Below, piece after piece: positions 28,736-38,954 of a stretch of DNA of 64,000 nt. This DNA comes from Candidatus Spongiisociaceae bacterium. GTDB lineage: Bacteria; Actinomycetota; Acidimicrobiia; Spongiisociales; Spongiisociaceae. The translations under genes were made by a program, and so were the position numbers. The notes beneath the pieces were generated by a model. That model was not told the origin of the DNA. It was given only the letters and a program-made list of their open reading frames with translations, and did no database searches. The DNA lies in NCBI GenBank assembly GCA_965219685.1, contig CBDCOH010000002.1, forward strand, positions 4,128,001 to 4,192,000. The letters are read 5' to 3'. Within the stretch, counting starts at the first letter, position 1. Each line of letters starts with the position of its first letter.

Positions 28736-29506
28736 TTAGTCTGTCGGTGGACGGAGCGCCTGGAGTAACGGGATCGAGGCGATCTTCTTCTCCGTCAGTA
28801 CGTCCCACTGAACGCTAGGGGGGTCATGCCGGCTTTCGCAGAGGATGACCCGCTCGGGAGTGACGATCAGATCCAGGGACATGTCATGGTCGGTGAGGGG
28901 GATCAAGTCTGGATCCATCACCTGGATCTCATGCACGGTCGTAGCCACAACCGTGTCCGGTCCGATTAGCCCGGCTTCCCAAGCCACCGCGTATTCGAGG
29001 TCGCTGAAGCCTCCGCCCTTGCCCAGGCGGGCTCCGGTCGGGTCCACTGCCACGCAACCCGTGACGACCAGGTCGACCGGCTCCATGTCTTCGACCCGCA
29101 CCGTGTGGGCCGACCGGTTTGCTCCCTTGATCGAGGATGCGGCGCGCGGGGTATCGGCCAGATGGTCGGGATCGAGGTAGAAGAAGGGTTCCGTCCGCGC
29201 GAGCCGTGGCACGGCCATGAAGACCAGTTTCCCGTCCTCGAGAGCCCTCTGCCGGACCGGCCATTGGGGAGAGTCGGGATTCGACTTGACCGTCCGAGCC
29301 GCTGCCCACTCGCCGGTGTGTCGGAGGCGTTCGGCCGCCGCCTCGGCACCCACGAAGTTCGGAATGCGCCCGCGGGCCCCCGGGAAGCGGGAGGCCTTGC
29401 CGCTGATCAGGCGGTCCCAGACCATCTCGCGCAGGTCCGCCTTGGCGGCCAGTACGGCAGTATCGCCGCCGGCGTCGTGATCGTGGCGAGGTGCGGAACG
29501 GGCCAT
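28736..29506 (-). CDS. 5-formyltetrahydrofolate cyclo-ligase family protein
   Basis: 'RIPNFVGA', 'NPDSPQ', 'GARLGKGGGFSD', 'HDMSLDLIVTP'. Confidence 0.9.
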   Translation of the reverse strand: MARSAPRHDHDAGGDTAVLAAKADLREMVWDRLISGKASRFPGARGRIPNFVGAEAAAERLRHTGEWAAARTVKSNPDSPQWPVRQRALEDGKLVFMAVPRLARTEPFFYLDPDHLADTPRAASSIKGANRSAHTVRVEDMEPVDLVVTGCVAVDPTGARLGKGGGFSDLEYAVAWEAGLIGPDTVVATTVHEIQVMDPDLIPLTDHDMSLDLIVTPERVILCESRHDPPSVQWDVLTEKKIASIPLLQALRPPTD

Positions 29507-29551
29507 TGGCGATCGACCTTACTCTGAGCCCATTGGCGAGCGAATACCATC

Positions 29552-29691
29552 CACCACTCACCACTCACCACTCACCACTCACCACTCACCACTCACAATC
29601 CGCCATTCACCACTCACTATTCACAATCCGCCATTCACCATTCACTATTCACCATTCACCATCCGCCATTCACCATTCACCACTCACCACT
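29552..29691. repeat. Heptamer tandem array (about 20 units: CACCACT, CACCATT and variants)
   Basis: Direct reading; lies between divergent genes. Confidence 0.9.
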
Positions 29692-29742
29692 CCCCACCCG
29701 CGCTACCGTCACGCGGTCATCGCGTACCGGGAGATACAGAAC

Positions 29743-30495
29743 ATGGGCCGAGTCCTGGTAGCCGGATTGATCCTGCTCCTGGCAGCGGGCGCGTGCGGGA
29801 GATCGGCCGGCGACCCGGGCGATCTACGGGAGTTGGTGGTGTCGGCCGCGGCCTCGCTCACCGATGCGTTCCGGGAGATCGAAACGGCCTTCGAAGAGAC
29901 GAATCCGGGTGTGGATGTGATCCTCAACGTGGGGGGTAGTGCCGTCCTCCGGGAACAGATCCTTTCGGATGCCCCGGTTGGAGTGTTCGCGTCCGCCAGC
30001 CTCCGGATCATGGACCAGGTCGCGGACGCCGGCCGGATCGAAGGTCCCTACCGGGTGTTCGCTCACAACCGCATGACGATCGCGGTTCCCGCGGGCAACC
30101 CGGCGGGGATCCTCGGCCTGGACGACTTGGCAAACGAGACGCTCCTGGTGGGCTTGTGTGCGCCGGCGGTTCCGTGTGGCTACCTGGCACGGGAGGTGCT
30201 GGCCGAGGCCGGGGTCCGTCCGGCCCTGGACACCGAGGAGACCAATGTACGGGCTCTGCTCACCAAGGTGGAGGCCGGGGAGCTCGACGTGGCGATCGTG
30301 TACGTCACCGACCTCGCGGCCTCGGATGGGGTGGAGGGGATACCGATCGCCGACCGCTACAACGTGGACGCCGAGTACCCGATCGGGGTGCTGAACGGAT
30401 CACCGCAGTCGGCCGACGCCCGAGTGTTCGCCGCATTCGTCCTGTCCGCGGAAGGGAGGCGGATACTGGAAGGTCACGGGTTTTCTCTACCGTAG
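29743..30495 (+). CDS. modA: Molybdate ABC transporter substrate-binding lipoprotein
   Basis: Lipobox-like 'AAGAC'; 'SAAASLTDAF', 'VPCG', 'YVTD', 'YPIGVL'. Confidence 0.93.
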   Translation: MGRVLVAGLILLLAAGACGRSAGDPGDLRELVVSAAASLTDAFREIETAFEETNPGVDVILNVGGSAVLREQILSDAPVGVFASASLRIMDQVADAGRIEGPYRVFAHNRMTIAVPAGNPAGILGLDDLANETLLVGLCAPAVPCGYLAREVLAEAGVRPALDTEETNVRALLTKVEAGELDVAIVYVTDLAASDGVEGIPIADRYNVDAEYPIGVLNGSPQSADARVFAAFVLSAEGRRILEGHGFSLP

Positions 30496-30501
30496 GCGTC
30501 T

Positions 30502-31344
30502 ATGAGCGTCACGCGCCGCAAGAGACGAGACGGGGGCCCTCCCCGGTCAGCCAGGCGCCGTCCTCGGCGCTCGCCCCCGATGTTCATCCTCATCCCGGCC
30601 GCCATCGGACTCGCGCTGTTCGTGGTCCCGGTGCTGGGTCTCCTCATGCGTACACCGTGGCAGGACCTGCCCTCGCTGCTATCCGCGGAGATGGTGATCG
30701 ACACGCTGTGGCTTTCCCTGATCTCGTCGGTGGCCGCGGCGGTGATCTCCCTTGCCGTCGGTGTGCCGCTCGCCTGGGTGCTGGCTCGCTCCGATCTGCC
30801 GGGAAGGTCGGTGGTCAGAGGTCTGGTGCTTCTCCCAATGGTCCTGCCGCCGGTCGTCGGGGGCGCAGTACTGCTGTTCGCGCTCGGACGGCGAGGGCTG
30901 GTGGGCGCGCCGCTCGAGCGGGTGACCGGTATCACCCTCCCGTTCACCACCTGGGGCGTGATCGTGGCCGTCTCGTTCGTGGCCATGCCGCTGATGGTCA
31001 TCACGGTCGAGGGAGCATTGCGCAACCTCGACACGGGCTTCGAGCGGGCCGCCGAGACGCTGGGCGCAGGGCGGTGGACGGTGCTGCGGCGGGTGACCCT
31101 TCCCATGATCGCTCCGTCGCTGGTTGCCGGGACCGCTTTGACCTGGGCCCGGGCGCTGGGCGAGTTCGGCGCCACCCTCACCTTTGCGGGCAACCTGCAG
31201 GGCCGGACCCAGACCCTGCCCCTGGCGGTGTTCGTCGCCCTCGAGAGCGACCGGGACACAGCTATAGCCCTGAGCCTGCTGATGGTGGCCGTCTCGCTGG
31301 CAGTTCTTGTCGCGCTTCGAGACCATTGGTGGAGGAGAAGATGA
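30502..31344 (+). CDS. modB: Molybdate ABC transporter permease
   Basis: 'LPMVLPPVVGG', 'WARALGEFGAT..AGNL.GRTQTLPL'. Confidence 0.95.
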   Translation: MSVTRRKRRDGGPPRSARRRPRRSPPMFILIPAAIGLALFVVPVLGLLMRTPWQDLPSLLSAEMVIDTLWLSLISSVAAAVISLAVGVPLAWVLARSDLPGRSVVRGLVLLPMVLPPVVGGAVLLFALGRRGLVGAPLERVTGITLPFTTWGVIVAVSFVAMPLMVITVEGALRNLDTGFERAAETLGAGRWTVLRRVTLPMIAPSLVAGTALTWARALGEFGATLTFAGNLQGRTQTLPLAVFVALESDRDTAIALSLLMVAVSLAVLVALRDHWWRRR

Positions 31345-32396
31345 GCGGCGGCCTCGACGCCCGCGTCGTGGTGGAGCGGGAAGGCTTCCTTCTCGACGTG
31401 TCCTTGAGCATCCCGTCAGGCCGGACGGTGGCGGTACTCGGCCCGAATGGGGCGGGGAAGACCACCCTGGTGGAGGCCCTGGCAGGGTTGGTGCCCCTGG
31501 ACCGCGGGTCCGTGACGCTCGGGGGCCGGCTCCTCGACGCTCCCGGCGAGGGTGTGTTCGTCGAGCCGTACCGGAGGCGCGTGGGGGTGGCCTTCCAGGA
31601 CGGGATGCTGTTTCCCCACCTCAGTTCCCTCGAGAACGTCGCGTTCGGACTGCGCGCCGGAGGCGCACCCCGTTCCGAGGCGCGGAGAGCAGCCGGAGAG
31701 TGGCTGGCGGCGGTGGGAATGTCCGACATGGCGGACCGGCATCCGGCGGCGCTTTCCGGGGGCCAGGCGCAAAGAGTGGCCTTCGCACGGGCTCTGGCGA
31801 CGGAACCGGAGATGCTCCTACTCGACGAGCCGTTCTCGGCGCTGGACATCACGACGAGGGCCGGACTCCGGCGAATGCTCAGGGAACACCTCGCCGGTTA
31901 CTCCGGACCCCGCCTCCTGATCACCCACGATCCGACCGAGGCATTCCTGCTAGCCGATGTGCTGGTGATCCTGGAGCAGGGCTCCGTCGTCCAGACGGGC
32001 ACGGCCGACGAGATCCGGCTGCGGCCCGCCAGTCGCTACGCCGCCGATCTGGCGGGGGTCAACCTCCTAGTCGGCCTAGCTTCGGGGCGCGTCCTGACTG
32101 TGGATGGGCATGATCTCGTGATAGCGGAGGCCGTCGAAGGCCGGGTGATCGCCACGGTCCATCCGCGGGCTATCTCGATCCACATCGAGCAACCCGGCGG
32201 GAGCCCTCGAAACGCGTGGAAGACCAGGATCCGCCATGTCGACCACCATGCCGACCGGGTGCGGATCCAGACCGGTCGTCCGCTATCCCTGACCGCGGAG
32301 GTAACCCCTGAAGCGCAGTCCTCCCTGAATCTGTTTCCGGGCTCCTCAGTCTGGCTGTCCATCAAAGCAACCGAGGTGCTGGTGGTTGGTTGTTAG
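31341..32396 (+). CDS. modC: Molybdate ABC transporter ATPase with TOBE domain
   Basis: 'GPNGAGKT', 'LSGGQ', 'LLLDEPF', C-terminal 'SVWLSIKATEV'. Confidence 0.92.
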   Translation: MSGGLDARVVVEREGFLLDVSLSIPSGRTVAVLGPNGAGKTTLVEALAGLVPLDRGSVTLGGRLLDAPGEGVFVEPYRRRVGVAFQDGMLFPHLSSLENVAFGLRAGGAPRSEARRAAGEWLAAVGMSDMADRHPAALSGGQAQRVAFARALATEPEMLLLDEPFSALDITTRAGLRRMLREHLAGYSGPRLLITHDPTEAFLLADVLVILEQGSVVQTGTADEIRLRPASRYAADLAGVNLLVGLASGRVLTVDGHDLVIAEAVEGRVIATVHPRAISIHIEQPGGSPRNAWKTRIRHVDHHADRVRIQTGRPLSLTAEVTPEAQSSLNLFPGSSVWLSIKATEVLVVGC

Positions 32397-32455
32397 TGGC
32401 TGGAGGATAGGGTAGACTGTAATAGATATAGATAGTGTAAGTTACTGCCCACTGA

Positions 32456-34576
32456 CTAATGACTACTTCCACTGGGTGGGCTCAGGCGCCGAGCCCAGGC
32501 CTGGAGCAACCGGTCGAGGATCATGGCCAGCAGGACGATCGCCAGGCCGGCTGCGAACCCCGATCCCACCGAGTCGCTCCGGCGCAGCCCGCGCACCGTC
32601 TCCAGGCCGAGTCCACCACCGCCCACCAGCCCGGCGATCACCACCATCGCCAACACCAGCATCACTGTCTGGTTTATCCCAGCGATGATGGTCGGCATGG
32701 CGAGGGGAAGCTGGACCTTTCTCAGTATCTGGCTCTTGGTGGCCCCGAAGGCACGAGCGGCCTCGGTCGCCTCGGCGGAGACCCGACGTATTCCCAGGCT
32801 GGTGAGCCGGGTAGCTGCGGGGAGAGCGTAGAGGACCGAGGCGATGATGCCCGGGATCCTTCCCACGTTGAAGAGGATGATCACCGGAACGAGGATCACG
32901 AAACTGGGGATCGTCTGGAGGAAGTCCAGGACCGGTTTCAGCAGTCGTTCGAACCGGTTACTACGTGACGAAAGCACACCGAGCGGGATCCCGAGCGCGA
33001 TCGCGAGGACGACCGCCACGATGACCTGCGCCAGCGTGTCCATCGACAGGGTCCACATGCCCAGCAGCCCGAGGCCCAGGGCACACGCTCCCCCGAGGGA
33101 GGCCAGGCCGGGTCCGCCGAACCACCAACCCGCCAGCATCACCGCGATCACCACTACCGGCCACGCAAGGGTGGAACTGAAGAACTCCCTAAGTGGGGTC
33201 ACCGCGTAGATGGTCACGAAGTCGCTGAAAGGACCGGTCCCGATCCACGTCTCGCCGATCTGGTAGAGGTTCTTTCCCACCCAGTCGACCAGGCTGTCCA
33301 CCGGCCCTGCAAAGGAGAAGGTCACCGCTGAGGGGAACTCCGGTCCCTCGCGCATCGTGCCGAACACGAGTGCGGCGACCAGGACGGTCCCCCCCAGGAC
33401 TCGGCGCGGATGGCGTTCCGGAGCGGACTCACGCCGGGAGCGGCCAATCGATCTCCTAGCGGCGGCGAACGGGTAGGCCATGACCTGTCCTGTCCGCCGG
33501 ATGATCCGGTCGATCCCGTCGGGGACCGCCTCTATCCGCCGGATCCACTCGTTGTCGGCATAACGATCAGGGAAGATGCGCAGCCGGCCGGTTCCGGATC
33601 CGAGCCCGGCGGCGCCGTGCGTGAGCCGGTCCATGATGACGGCCAGCACCACGATGGCGAGTCCGGCTTCGAGGGCGCGTCCAACGAAGAGCCTCCGGAG
33701 GGATTCGAGGACTACCTGGCCGAGACCTCCCGCACCGATCAGTGCGGCGATCACGACGATGCTCAGAGCCATCATGATGGTCTGGTTGATGCCCGTGAGG
33801 ATGGTCGGCAATGCCAGGGGTAGTTGCACCTTGCGCAGTATCTGGCCCGGGGTTGCTCCGAACATCTCGGCCGCTTCCACCGTCGAGGACTCCACGGAGC
33901 GGATTCCCAGGGTGGTGAGGCGGATCACGGGCGGCAGCGCGTAGACCACGGTGGCGATGATGGCGGGAACCCTGGCGATCCCGAACAGCAACACCACGGG
34001 GATGAGGTAGACGAAGGCGGGAAGGGTCTGCATGGCATCGAGCATGGGCCGCAGCGCACTCTCCACGCGCTCGCGGCGCGCCCCCCATATGCCCAGCGGG
34101 ACGCCGATGGCAACCGCGATCACCACTGCCACTCCCATCAGGGCGAGGGTCTGGACGCTCTCTTCCCACAGGCCGACCGACCCGAAGTACATGACGCCCA
34201 CCGCGGTCAGGAGACCTCCCTTGATCCCGAGGATGGAAGTGGCGAGCATTCCGGTGGCCGCGACGACGACGTACCAGGGCACCCACAGGAGGGCCGCCTC
34301 CACCCATCGGAGGCTGTAGTCGATCGTGTCGCTGATCGGGTTGAGCACCACCAGGAAGAGAGCGTGGGTCGTCTGGTTGCTTATCACCCAGCGCCGGGCA
34401 TCGTTGATCCACTCGGCGAGGGGTATGCGCCAGGTTTCCGGGAAGGCCCCGACGGTATTGAGCGACAGTTCGAGGGTGATCAGCGCCGCCAGCGCCGCCA
34501 GGAGGAGACCTCCCGTCCGGATCCGGCGCCGCCGGTCTATTTCGAGCCGAGTCCGGACGGCCGCGGCGATGGTCAT
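32456..34576 (-). CDS. Glycine betaine/proline-type ABC permease with two tandem ProW domains
   Basis: Two copies of the 'Q(T)xP.FV.L.PV..LF..G/AR.P' and EAA-loop 'AA..FGAT..QILRKVQLPLA' motifs. Confidence 0.9.
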   Translation of the reverse strand: MTIAAAVRTRLEIDRRRRIRTGGLLLAALAALITLELSLNTVGAFPETWRIPLAEWINDARRWVISNQTTHALFLVVLNPISDTIDYSLRWVEAALLWVPWYVVVAATGMLATSILGIKGGLLTAVGVMYFGSVGLWEESVQTLALMGVAVVIAVAIGVPLGIWGARRERVESALRPMLDAMQTLPAFVYLIPVVLLFGIARVPAIIATVVYALPPVIRLTTLGIRSVESSTVEAAEMFGATPGQILRKVQLPLALPTILTGINQTIMMALSIVVIAALIGAGGLGQVVLESLRRLFVGRALEAGLAIVVLAVIMDRLTHGAAGLGSGTGRLRIFPDRYADNEWIRRIEAVPDGIDRIIRRTGQVMAYPFAAARRSIGRSRRESAPERHPRRVLGGTVLVAALVFGTMREGPEFPSAVTFSFAGPVDSLVDWVGKNLYQIGETWIGTGPFSDFVTIYAVTPLREFFSSTLAWPVVVIAVMLAGWWFGGPGLASLGGACALGLGLLGMWTLSMDTLAQVIVAVVLAIALGIPLGVLSSRSNRFERLLKPVLDFLQTIPSFVILVPVIILFNVGRIPGIIASVLYALPAATRLTSLGIRRVSAEATEAARAFGATKSQILRKVQLPLAMPTIIAGINQTVMLVLAMVVIAGLVGGGGLGLETVRGLRRSDSVGSGFAAGLAIVLLAMILDRLLQAWARRLSPPSGSSH

Positions 34577-34581
34577 CGGGT

Positions 34582-35610
34582 CTATCCACCCACCAGCTTC
34601 GACACCGCTTCGCGGTCCACCTGGCCGATCAGTCTCCCCTGCTCGTCCGCGACTCCGATCGGCTCGGACCCGGCCAGGAGCGCGGGCAGCACTTCTTCGA
34701 GCACGCTGCTTGCGGGTACCGATGTACGAATCTCCCGATCGCCAGGGAGCGGCGCGATCACGGCCTGCACGGTGACCACCTTGATCTTCGGGGCGTCCTT
34801 GGTGAACTCCCGCACGTAGTCGTCGGCCGGCGCCGACACGATCTCCTCGGGAGTTCCCAACTGCATGAACACCCCGTCCTTCATGATGGCGATGCGGTCC
34901 CCGAGCTTGAGGGCTTCCTGGAAGTCATGGGTGATGAACACCAGCGTCCGGTGCATCTCCGCCTGCAGCGACAGCAACTCGTCCTGCATGTCGCGGCGGA
35001 TCAGCGGATCGAGAGCCGAGAACGGCTCATCGAAGAAGAGGATCTCGGGTTCCACGCAGAGGGCGCGGGCCAGCCCTACCCGCTGCTGCATCCCGCCCGA
35101 TAGTTGCTGGGGGTAGTGGTCGCTCCACGCCTCGAGCCCGACCGAGTCCAGCACCTTGAAGGCCCGCTCGTACCGCTCGGCCTTTGCCATGCCCTGTACC
35201 TCGAGCCCGAACGCCACGTTGTCGAGCACCCTCCGGTGGGAGAACAGGCCGAAGTGCTGGAAGACCATCGACATCCGGTGCCTGCGCAGATCGCGGAGTT
35301 CCTCGTCGTCGAGGTCGCCGATCGCAACCCCTTGGATCAGAACCTCTCCGTCAGTAGGTTCGACGAGACGTGACAGGCACCGGATAAGGGTTGACTTCCC
35401 GGATCCGGACAGCCCCATGACCACGAAGGTCTCGCCCCTCCGGACCTTGAAGGAAACGTCCCTGACCGCGACGACGCATCCGGTCTCGTCGAGGATCTCC
35501 TGGCTGCTCCCGCCTCCGTCGGCCATCGACCGGGCCAGGCCGGGGGCGTCGCCGAATATCTTCCAGACGCCTCCACACTCCAGGGGTGCGTAATCCGTGC
35601 CTGCTGCCAA
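34582..35610 (-). CDS. Glycine betaine/proline-type ABC ATPase (ProV/OpuAA-like)
   Basis: 'GLSGSGKST', 'LSGGMQQRVGLARAL', 'DEPFSALDPLIRRDMQDEL'. Confidence 0.95.
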   Translation of the reverse strand: MAAGTDYAPLECGGVWKIFGDAPGLARSMADGGGSSQEILDETGCVVAVRDVSFKVRRGETFVVMGLSGSGKSTLIRCLSRLVEPTDGEVLIQGVAIGDLDDEELRDLRRHRMSMVFQHFGLFSHRRVLDNVAFGLEVQGMAKAERYERAFKVLDSVGLEAWSDHYPQQLSGGMQQRVGLARALCVEPEILFFDEPFSALDPLIRRDMQDELLSLQAEMHRTLVFITHDFQEALKLGDRIAIMKDGVFMQLGTPEEIVSAPADDYVREFTKDAPKIKVVTVQAVIAPLPGDREIRTSVPASSVLEEVLPALLAGSEPIGVADEQGRLIGQVDREAVSKLVGG

Positions 35611-35784
35611 ATCGGTGCCGATCCTGTCGGGATGTTCGAAGAAAGGATTATAAGTTGGAAGTACCGCGAACGGCCCTAATAGTGAAAACCGGATTACAGT
35701 TCACGTCACATGCACTTGAGATGTAGGAATCGATCGTTCGGCGGGCGAGGCTGTCCGTGACGAGCGCGATATAGGCATATTGAC

Positions 35785-37767
35785 ATGAAAGGAAAGTGGG
35801 TTATGAGACGAATGCTGCTGCCGCTGTTTGTGGCGGTCATGCTCATATTCGTTGCGTGCGGCGACGACGAGGCCGACCAACCTGCCGAAACCGCCGCCAC
35901 GTCTGCTACACAGGCGACCACGGCCACCACGGTGGCGGAGGAGACGCCCACCGTCACCGACGAGCCCGAGGCTCCGGCCACCGCGGGTGACGACCTCCCG
36001 ACGATCCGCCTGGCAGTGAATCCGTGGAACGGTTCGGCGGTGAACGTGGCGGTGGCCAAGCAGTTGCTCGAGGGCGAACTCGGTTACACCGTGGAGACGG
36101 TGGACATCGACGAGAACGCCCAGTGGAGCGCCATCAACACCGGTGATCTGCATGCCTCGCTTGAGGTATGGCCGTCGGGCCACGCCCAGAACGTTGCCGA
36201 CTTCATCGACAACCCCGACGGGAACGTGGTCAACGCGGGCCTATTGGGGCCTGTAGGCAAGATCGGGTGGTTCACCCCTACCTTCGTGATCGAGCAGTAC
36301 CCGGCGGCGGCGACGTGGGAGGGTTTCCTGGATCCGGAGTTGGCGGGGATGTTCGCCACGGCCGAGACCGGTGACAGGGGCCAGTTCCTGGGTGGTGATC
36401 CGAGCTGGGTCCAGTACGACGATGACATCATCGCCAACCTGGGCCTGCATCTGGAAGTGGTGTGGGCCGGTTCGGAGGAGGCGATCCTGGCCGCGATCGA
36501 CGCTTCCGTCGCCCGGGAGGAGCCGGTGCTCGTGTACTTCTGGACGCCGCATTCGGCGTTCAACGCCTACGAGCTGAGCGAGGTCGAGCTTCCCGCGTAC
36601 TCCGACGAGTGCTACGCGACCGCCGATGACGACGGCGTGGACTGCGCCTACCCGGCCGACGACCTGTTCAAGATCGTATGGGCGGGCCTCGAGCAGGCGG
36701 CGCCGACTGCGTGGGCCCTGCTCCACAACATGAACTACACCACCGCCGACCAGATCTCGATGCTGGCCGCGGTGGAGTCCGAGGGCAAGAGCATCGAGCA
36801 GGCGGCTTCGGAGTGGATCGCAGCCAACGAATCGACCTGGAGCGCGTGGCTGAGTGGAGAGGTTGCCGAGCCCGCCATGGCAATGAGCGCCGAGAAGGGC
36901 GATCTCGGGACCATCCGTCTGGCTGTGAATCCGTGGAACGGTTCGGCGGTGAACGTGGCGGTGGCCAAGCAGTTGCTGGAGAGCGAGTTCGGTTACACCG
37001 TGGAGACGGTGGACATCGACGAGAACGCCCAGTGGAGTGCCATCAACACCGGTGATCTGCATGCCTCGTTGGAGGTGTGGCCGTCGGGCCACGCCCAGAA
37101 CGTCACGGACTTCATCGACAACCCCGACGGCAACGTGGCAAACCTCGGGTTGCTGGGGCCCGTAGGAGCCATCGGGTGGTTCACCCCCACGTTCGTGGTC
37201 GAGCAATATCCCGCGTTGGCGACGTGGGAGGGTTACTTGGATCCGGAGTTGGCGGGGATGTTCGCCACGGCGGAGACGGGTGACAGGGGCCAGTTCCTAG
37301 GTGGGGATCCGAGCTGGGTCCAGTACGACGATGACATCATCGCCAACCTGGGCTTGCATCTCGAGGTTGTGTGGGCCGGATCGGAGGAGGCGATCCTCGC
37401 CGCGGTCGACGCCTCGATATCGCGTGAGGAACCCGTGCTGGTCTACTTCTGGACGCCGCACTCGGCGTTCAACGCGTACGACCTGACCCAGGTTGAGCTA
37501 CCTGCGTACTCCGACGAGTGCTACGCGACCGCCGATGACGACGGCGTCGATTGTGCCTACCCGGCCGATCCGCTCTTCAAGATCGCCTGGGAAGGACTCG
37601 AGGAGGCGGCGCCGGCCGCCTGGGCCCTGCTCCACAACATGAGCTACACCACCGCCGACCAGATCTTCATGCTGGCCGCGGTTGAGTCCGAGGGCAAGAG
37701 CGTCGAGGATGCTGCTGCCGCATGGATCGCAGCCAACGAGGCCACCTGGAGCGCCTGGATCCCCTAG
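35785..37767 (+). CDS. Glycine betaine-type substrate-binding lipoprotein with two near-identical tandem binding domains
   Basis: Lipobox 'FVAC'; duplicated unit 36001-36852 / 36910-37761. Confidence 0.9.
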   Translation: MKGKWVMRRMLLPLFVAVMLIFVACGDDEADQPAETAATSATQATTATTVAEETPTVTDEPEAPATAGDDLPTIRLAVNPWNGSAVNVAVAKQLLEGELGYTVETVDIDENAQWSAINTGDLHASLEVWPSGHAQNVADFIDNPDGNVVNAGLLGPVGKIGWFTPTFVIEQYPAAATWEGFLDPELAGMFATAETGDRGQFLGGDPSWVQYDDDIIANLGLHLEVVWAGSEEAILAAIDASVAREEPVLVYFWTPHSAFNAYELSEVELPAYSDECYATADDDGVDCAYPADDLFKIVWAGLEQAAPTAWALLHNMNYTTADQISMLAAVESEGKSIEQAASEWIAANESTWSAWLSGEVAEPAMAMSAEKGDLGTIRLAVNPWNGSAVNVAVAKQLLESEFGYTVETVDIDENAQWSAINTGDLHASLEVWPSGHAQNVTDFIDNPDGNVANLGLLGPVGAIGWFTPTFVVEQYPALATWEGYLDPELAGMFATAETGDRGQFLGGDPSWVQYDDDIIANLGLHLEVVWAGSEEAILAAVDASISREEPVLVYFWTPHSAFNAYDLTQVELPAYSDECYATADDDGVDCAYPADPLFKIAWEGLEEAAPAAWALLHNMSYTTADQIFMLAAVESEGKSVEDAAAAWIAANEATWSAWIP

Positions 37768-37792
37768 GACCGGCAGTCAACGAAGACAGAGC

Positions 37793-37822
37793 GAGAGGCC
37801 GGGTGTCAGCACCCGGCCTCTC
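37793..37822. terminator. GC-rich hairpin between convergent genes
   Basis: GAGAGGCCGGGTG-TCAG-CACCCGGCCTCTC, perfect 13-bp stem. Confidence 0.75.
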
Positions 37823-37897
37823 ACCATTCACCATTCACGAGTCACGAGTCACCATTCACGAGTCACGAGTCACGAGTCACCATTCACCATTCACGAG
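37821..37897. repeat. Two-unit heptamer array (TCACCAT / TCACGAG, 11 units)
   Basis: Order AABBABBBAAB, with no degenerate units. Confidence 0.95.
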
Positions 37898-38743
37898 TCA
37901 CCCGACCTCCACCGGTACGTCAACGAGGGAGCCGTACTCGGTCCACGAGCCGTCGTAGTTCTTGACCCGCTCGTAGCCGAGCAGTTGGCTGAGCACGAAC
38001 CAGGTGTGGGCGGAGCGCTCTCCGATGCGGCAATACACGATCGCATCACTGTCGGGTCCGACACCCTCCCCCTCGTAGAGTGCCTCCAGGGCCTCCCGGG
38101 ACTTGAAGCTCCCGTCCTCCTCGGCAGCCTTCGGCCAGGGGATGTTGCGGGCGCCGGGTACGTGCCCGCCCACGTACGGTTGTTCCTGCGGGAGGTGGTC
38201 GGGCGCCAGCTTCTCCCCGGTGAACTCCTCGGGAGACCGCACGTCCACGTAGGTGGCGTCGCCCAACCTCGCTAGTACCTCGTCGCGCAGGGCACGTAGC
38301 CCGGGACGGTCCTCGCCCTCGATCGTCACCCCGGTTGCCTCGTACGAAGGCACATCGGTGGTCATGGGGCGGCCTTCGATGTTCCACTTGAGGCGTCCCC
38401 CGTTGAGCAGCTTGACGTTGTCGAAGCCGCGGTACCGCAGCAGCCAGTAGCCGTAGGCGGCGAACCAGTTGTTGTTCCCCCCATAGAGAATCACGGTCGT
38501 GTCGGGGCCGACGCCGGATCGGGACAGCAGCGCGCCCAGACCTTGCCCGTCCAGATAGTCGCGGCGGACCGGGTGCTGGAGATCCTCGAACCAGTTCCAT
38601 GCGACCGCGCCCGGTATGTGGCGCCTTCCGTATGCGGTGACGTCCTCGTCCACCTCGATGATCCGGAGGGTCGGGTTGTCGAGACTCGCCTCCAGCCAGT
38701 CGGTCGAGACGAGTGCGTCGGGATTGTGATAGCCCATGTTCAT
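37898..38743 (-). CDS. Thiosulfate sulfurtransferase (double-domain rhodanese, CysA/SseA-like)
   Basis: 'HIPGAVAWNW', 'YGGNNNWFAAY', 'YCRIGERS', 'NYDGSWTEYG'. Confidence 0.95.
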   Translation of the reverse strand: MNMGYHNPDALVSTDWLEASLDNPTLRIIEVDEDVTAYGRRHIPGAVAWNWFEDLQHPVRRDYLDGQGLGALLSRSGVGPDTTVILYGGNNNWFAAYGYWLLRYRGFDNVKLLNGGRLKWNIEGRPMTTDVPSYEATGVTIEGEDRPGLRALRDEVLARLGDATYVDVRSPEEFTGEKLAPDHLPQEQPYVGGHVPGARNIPWPKAAEEDGSFKSREALEALYEGEGVGPDSDAIVYCRIGERSAHTWFVLSQLLGYERVKNYDGSWTEYGSLVDVPVEVG

Positions 38744-38822
38744 TGCTCCTTTGCGTTCAGATCCGGGAACCGGATCGATGGGGGTGACGCCGTGTTCCGT
38801 GTGCTCTCGGGTGGGTGGCGCC

Positions 38823-38954
38823 TCAGGAGCGAAGGCGGTCGCCCGCGCCCGTGGTTCCCGACCGAGAGCCGGTACACGGGGGACGACAGGAGGAGGGCGC
38901 GCAGCGGGCCATATCGGCCGCGTCGGTGCGGTTCGGATCCCGGGATGGGGTCAT
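38823..38954 (-). CDS. Candidate Cys-containing leader peptide (43 aa)
   Basis: AGGAG upstream; MTPSRDPNRTDAADMARCAPSSCRPPCTGSRSGTTGAGDRLRS; lies directly upstream of the rhodanese. Confidence 0.4.
   Translation of the reverse strand: MTPSRDPNRTDAADMARCAPSSCRPPCTGSRSGTTGAGDRLRS

Noticed and set aside
29491-29742. His-rich N-terminal extension of ModA (TTHHSP repeats)
   Set aside because: It is the translated heptamer array; the signal peptide starts at 29743
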